A stretch of DNA of 64,000 bases, taken from the NCBI GenBank assembly GCA_965248535.1, contig CBDFJR010000002.1:2272001-2336000 (forward strand). The letters run 5' to 3'. Both the position numbers and the translations under genes were made by a program. The stretch comes from Phormidesmis sp. (lineage in GTDB: Bacteria > Cyanobacteriota > Cyanobacteriia > Leptolyngbyales > Leptolyngbyaceae). Every line of letters starts with the position of its first letter. Position 1 is the stretch's first letter. This document shows positions 60,327 through 64,000 of the stretch, in pieces. The notes below the pieces were generated by a model. It was not told the DNA's origin. It was given only the letters and a program-made list of their open reading frames with translations, and searched no databases.

Positions 60327-60740
60327 CTATTTGCTTTCGATCGCCAACGAGACGCGATCGCCGCCCATGTCGCGCATAGTGCCCAGCAGCTTAACGACTT
60401 GCTCATAGGGAATCTTGCTGTCGGCCTTGAGAATCACCACCCCTTTTGGATTTTGCGCCAGATAAGACTGCACCTTTTGGCCCAACTCACCCGTCGAAAC
60501 TGGCTTATCAGACAAAAGAATCTGATTTTGCAGATTGAGTCCAACAATCAGGGGATCGGGTTCTTTAGTCTCGATCGCGCCAGCACTCGTGCTAGGCAGG
60601 GCGACGTTGACCGTTTGTTGGGTCGTTAACGTCATCGCGATGAGGATGAAAAATGTCAAAATAGTCATTAACACATCCATCATCGGCACGAGATTAACTT
60701 CTGGCATATCCGATCTTTTTTCTTGTGATTTAAATCGCAT
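60327..60740 (-). CDS. exbD: ExbD/TolR biopolymer transporter
   Basis: EVNLVPMMDVL, V.LP, LKAD...YEQVV. Confidence 0.92.
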   Translation of the reverse strand: MRFKSQEKRSDMPEVNLVPMMDVLMTILTFFILIAMTLTTQQTVNVALPSTSAGAIETKEPDPLIVGLNLQNQILLSDKPVSTGELGQKVQSYLAQNPKGVVILKADSKIPYEQVVKLLGTMRDMGGDRVSLAIESK

Positions 60741-60828
60741 TGCTCATTCCATTTTTGATTTCAAACAACGTAGGCTTTAGTGAGGTTCAACCAGGTCTAA
60801 TTCAGAGTGAACGGCCATTCAAAAACCG

Positions 60829-61533
60829 TTAGCTGTCTATTAACTGAATGTTGCTTTTGGCTACATAGTCGCCGTGAGCTTGATGAGTGCTGCTGTGAAA
60901 CGTTGGCTCATACCAAATCTCACGATAGATCAGTTCCAACTCGGTGCCCACTCTGCCAAAATAATCAACCTGACGAGATTGCAGCGTCACCATGACTCGA
61001 AAAATGACAAGAGACAGAATGGCGACCACCATCCCAGAGGCAGTTGCAATCAGCGCTTCACCGATGCCTGCGGCCGCTTTTGTGGTGTCAGCCGAGCTTC
61101 CAGCGCCGCCCAGCTTGAGGCTGGCAAAGGTCGCAATCAATCCCGTAACGGTGCCTAACAGTCCTAAAAGAGGTGCCAGTCCGACGATCGATTCTAGAAG
61201 CTTGTCGCCCTTTCGCATTTGAATAAATTCTCGATCGGCGGCCGCTTCCATCGCTAACCGAAATGTTTCAGGAGTCGGCTGCTTGAGTTTTAACGGAGCC
61301 AACAAAAATCGCCCGATCGCTAGCTCTTGAGCCTGGCTGGCAATCTCGGCGGCTCTGGATAGATCGTGTTGAGCCGCTTCCATGACATCGTGCACAATGC
61401 GCTCTTCTTGGCTCATGAGTCGAAACCAAAACCAGGATCGCTCCAGACCACAGGCAATAGTGGCGATCGACATTCCCACTAGGGGGATCATAGTCGGGCC
61501 ACCTTTGGCGATCGTTTCAAATAAATTAGACAT
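60829..61533 (-). CDS. exbB: ExbB/MotA/TolQ proton channel protein
   Basis: APLLGLLGTVTG and GIGEALIATASG. Confidence 0.92.
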   Translation of the reverse strand: MSNLFETIAKGGPTMIPLVGMSIATIACGLERSWFWFRLMSQEERIVHDVMEAAQHDLSRAAEIASQAQELAIGRFLLAPLKLKQPTPETFRLAMEAAADREFIQMRKGDKLLESIVGLAPLLGLLGTVTGLIATFASLKLGGAGSSADTTKAAAGIGEALIATASGMVVAILSLVIFRVMVTLQSRQVDYFGRVGTELELIYREIWYEPTFHSSTHQAHGDYVAKSNIQLIDS

Positions 61534-61690
61534 ATCCTGGCAGTTACTTTTTAGACACAAAACCCACGCACCCCTCGACAGGATAGCTGAATTTTCTAAG
61601 GAGCCTGGTTAATCAAGGGTAAGGGTTTAGTTATCTTAACTTTAAGACTCGACTCTAGAGAAATCAGCGATCGGGTCTTAATCCATCATC

Positions 61691-63361
61691 TTAGTGATGA
61701 ACCTTCATATCGATCAATAGAGTGACGAGGGAGCCGAGTTCGTCTTTGAGATGATCGATTTGCTGGCACTCTGCAACCCTTAACGCTGAGTCATCCGCTG
61801 TCTTTATCTTTGTGGTTTGCAACGCTTGCATTGCGGTCTGTAGCTGTTGAGCCTTGGCCAATACCTGATTGAGGTGAGACTCAGTGGCTTGGGCCAAACG
61901 GTGAAGTCGTTTGTTGCGCTCTAGTCGATTGATGATGCGGGTCACTAACTCAGGGCCGACGATCGGTTTGCTGACAAAATCATCTGCCCCAGCGCTAAAC
62001 ACCTGATTGACCACATTGGCATCTCGATGCACCGTCAGAAACACGATCGGCAACTCACTCCAGTGGGGGTGATTGCGAATTATTTGACAGAGTTCGATGC
62101 CATTGAGATGGGGCATTTCAACATCTAGCACCAGCAGGTCAGGCGATATGACTTCTAAGGTTTGCCAAAATTGACGCGGGTCAGCGATCGTGCTCACCTG
62201 CAACCCCCACGGCTGAAGCAACCCTTGCAGCAGGGCCAAAATGGTCGGGTCATCGTCTACCAGCAAAATCTTGGGGGCTGACTGCTCTGAGCGCTGAATC
62301 TGTTCTAAAGGCAGCGGCTGCGCGAGTTCTGCAAGGTCTAATGTTGAGCTGGGGTTTTGAGAAATTTCCTGCCGCAGACAACTCACCCAAGTTTGCACAG
62401 GTGAGCTAATCTCATGCTCTCTCAAAGCCGTCTCAATCAGGGCAGCCAGCCGCGATCCTTCAGGAAACCCAAATGTGCCCAGTGAACCAGCCAGCGAATG
62501 GGACTCTAGTCTCGCGGCGGCGAGCAAATCTGCATCGACGTTGCCCTGGATCATGGCAGCGATCGCTCCTTCGATCACCGAGATTTGGTCACTCACATGC
62601 CCCCGAAACTGCTCCCAGATTTCGGCAATCTTGACTGACATCGCCGCTTGGTCAGCAGACAGCGATCGCTCTCGGCTTTTTACGTCTTCTGGAGGTTTAA
62701 GCCGATAGCCAATGCCATAAACGGTCTCAATCAGCCCTCCTGTCGCCCCGGCCGCCTTGAGTTTTTGCCGCAACCCTTTGATATGGGTTCGCACAGCTTC
62801 TTCTCCGGGCATATCTTGATAAGTCCAGAGATGTTCTAAAATCATGCCGCAGCTAAACACCCGCCGACTGTTTCGCAGAAATAGCTCTAGCAGCGCATAT
62901 TCTTTGGGGGTTAGCGCTAAAAGTTGGGTGCAGTAGGTGACTTCGCAACTGCTGGGATCAAGGCGCAGATGTTCCCATTCCAGCACGGGTTGCAGGGCGT
63001 TGCCGCCGCGTCTCAACAGTGCTCGAATGCGGGCAACTAGTTCTTCTTCTTGAAAGGGTTTGACCACATAGTCATCGGCTCCGGCATCTAGCCCGATCGC
63101 TTTGTCGTGGCTGCTATCTCGTCTAGTCAAGAGCAAAATTGGCATCGGGTAGCCGTGCGATCGGATGTGCTGGCAGAGGCTAATGCCATCGAGCTTAGGC
63201 AACATCACGTCGAGCAACACCAGGTCATAGTCAAAGGTTTCTATCAGGTTCCAGGCAGCTTGGCCATCGGTGACCACTTCAACGGCATAGTTTTGGCTCG
63301 TCAAAATCTCGGTTAGAGTATGGGTCATCAGCGCATCGTCGTCAACGATCAAGATTCGCAT
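61691..63361 (-). CDS. Multidomain response regulator (REC, winged helix, Hpt, REC; RcaC-like architecture)
   Basis: Receiver LLDVMLP; OmpR-type LTPKEY..IETVYGIGY; Hpt SHSLAGSLGTFG; second receiver LDVEMP. Confidence 0.9.
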   Translation of the reverse strand: MRILIVDDDALMTHTLTEILTSQNYAVEVVTDGQAAWNLIETFDYDLVLLDVMLPKLDGISLCQHIRSHGYPMPILLLTRRDSSHDKAIGLDAGADDYVVKPFQEEELVARIRALLRRGGNALQPVLEWEHLRLDPSSCEVTYCTQLLALTPKEYALLELFLRNSRRVFSCGMILEHLWTYQDMPGEEAVRTHIKGLRQKLKAAGATGGLIETVYGIGYRLKPPEDVKSRERSLSADQAAMSVKIAEIWEQFRGHVSDQISVIEGAIAAMIQGNVDADLLAAARLESHSLAGSLGTFGFPEGSRLAALIETALREHEISSPVQTWVSCLRQEISQNPSSTLDLAELAQPLPLEQIQRSEQSAPKILLVDDDPTILALLQGLLQPWGLQVSTIADPRQFWQTLEVISPDLLVLDVEMPHLNGIELCQIIRNHPHWSELPIVFLTVHRDANVVNQVFSAGADDFVSKPIVGPELVTRIINRLERNKRLHRLAQATESHLNQVLAKAQQLQTAMQALQTTKIKTADDSALRVAECQQIDHLKDELGSLVTLLIDMKVHH

Positions 63362-63602
63362 TGGCAAGCAATCCTTTTAAGCAGAGCACGACTCAAGCGA
63401 TTACTCTGATTTTAGGATCAGGAATGAAATTAAAGATCGCCTTTTAGACCCAAAGACATTAGCCTCGCGATGTCCCTCTACTCTTTGGCAAGGGTTAGCG
63501 ATCGCTCCTTGAGTGCAACGCTTCACTCGTGAGATGCTGGGGGTGCTGAATGAGAATCGGACGATTAATGTTTGGCGATCGCTGCCCTCAAAAACACAAC
63601 CT

Positions 63603-64000
63603 ATGATTATTCTCTTAATGGGTGTTTCTGGCTCTGGCAAAACCACTGTTGGCAAGCTGCTGGCAGACTCTCTGCACTGGGAATTTAGGGATGCTGATGA
63701 GTTCCATTCGCCGCAAAATATTGAGAAAATGCGGCAGGGAATTCCTCTGACTGAAGCCGACAGAACGCCGTGGTTACAAGAATTGCAGGCTGCTCTTAAG
63801 CACTGGCTACAAGAGAATAAGCAGGTAGTTCTAGCGTGTTCGGCGTTGAAAAATAGCTATCGTCAATCACTGCTCATCGATCACGATCGCATCAAGCTAG
63901 TTTATCTTAAAGGCTCGTATTCATTAATTCAAAAGCGATTGCAAGAGCGACACAATCACTATATGTCAGCCGACCTTTTAGAAAGCCAGTTTAACACGCT
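63603..64000 (+). CDS. gntK: Gluconokinase, runs off the window end
   Basis: Translated by hand: MIILLMGVSGSGKTTVG, DADEFH, KMRQGIPLTEADR.PW, CSALK, HYMSADLLESQF. Confidence 0.92.
   Translation, partial: MIILLMGVSGSGKTTVGKLLADSLHWEFRDADEFHSPQNIEKMRQGIPLTEADRTPWLQELQAALKHWLQENKQVVLACSALKNSYRQSLLIDHDRIKLVYLKGSYSLIQKRLQERHNHYMSADLLESQFNT

Noticed and set aside
63401..63655. 84-aa minus-strand ORF
   Set aside because: It overlaps the start of the clear plus-strand gluconokinase and has no motif support.
1..64000. Abundant GCGATCGC octamer
   Set aside because: This is the well-known cyanobacterial HIP1. It is useful only as a taxonomic marker; none was noticed inside the two IS elements.

Overview
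This is a cyanobacterial chromosomal window, judged from the frequent HIP1 octamer GCGATCGC and from crtO, DUF1816 and an ARTO-type oxidase. Housekeeping and stress genes are mntH, crtO, putA, gloB, a prmA-like methyltransferase, an Fe-S photolyase, exbBD, a gluconokinase and tRNA-Ser(UGA). Accessory content includes an orphan single-module NRPS (C-A-T-TE), two signal-peptide-less GH76 paralogs sharing an upstream motif, and a 12.5-kb minus-strand phosphorelay cluster ending in an AAA-like NTPase. It also holds a CheB/CheR-kinase fusion, several glycosyltransferases, and a CuA-less heme-copper oxidase operon with an NDH-2. There are two divergent tnpA/tnpB IS200/IS605 elements whose ends and target motifs (TTAT, TTAC) can be read from the sequence. 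The second has a frameshifted tnpA and a TnpB with a rearranged catalytic site, and it is inserted into the last codon of a host gene without changing the protein. Non-coding signals include a REP-like tandem array, a MITE/REPIN-like element, an orphan terminator suggesting an sRNA, and perfect palindromes. No CRISPR array or rRNA was seen. All calls come from motif recognition by eye; no searches were run.
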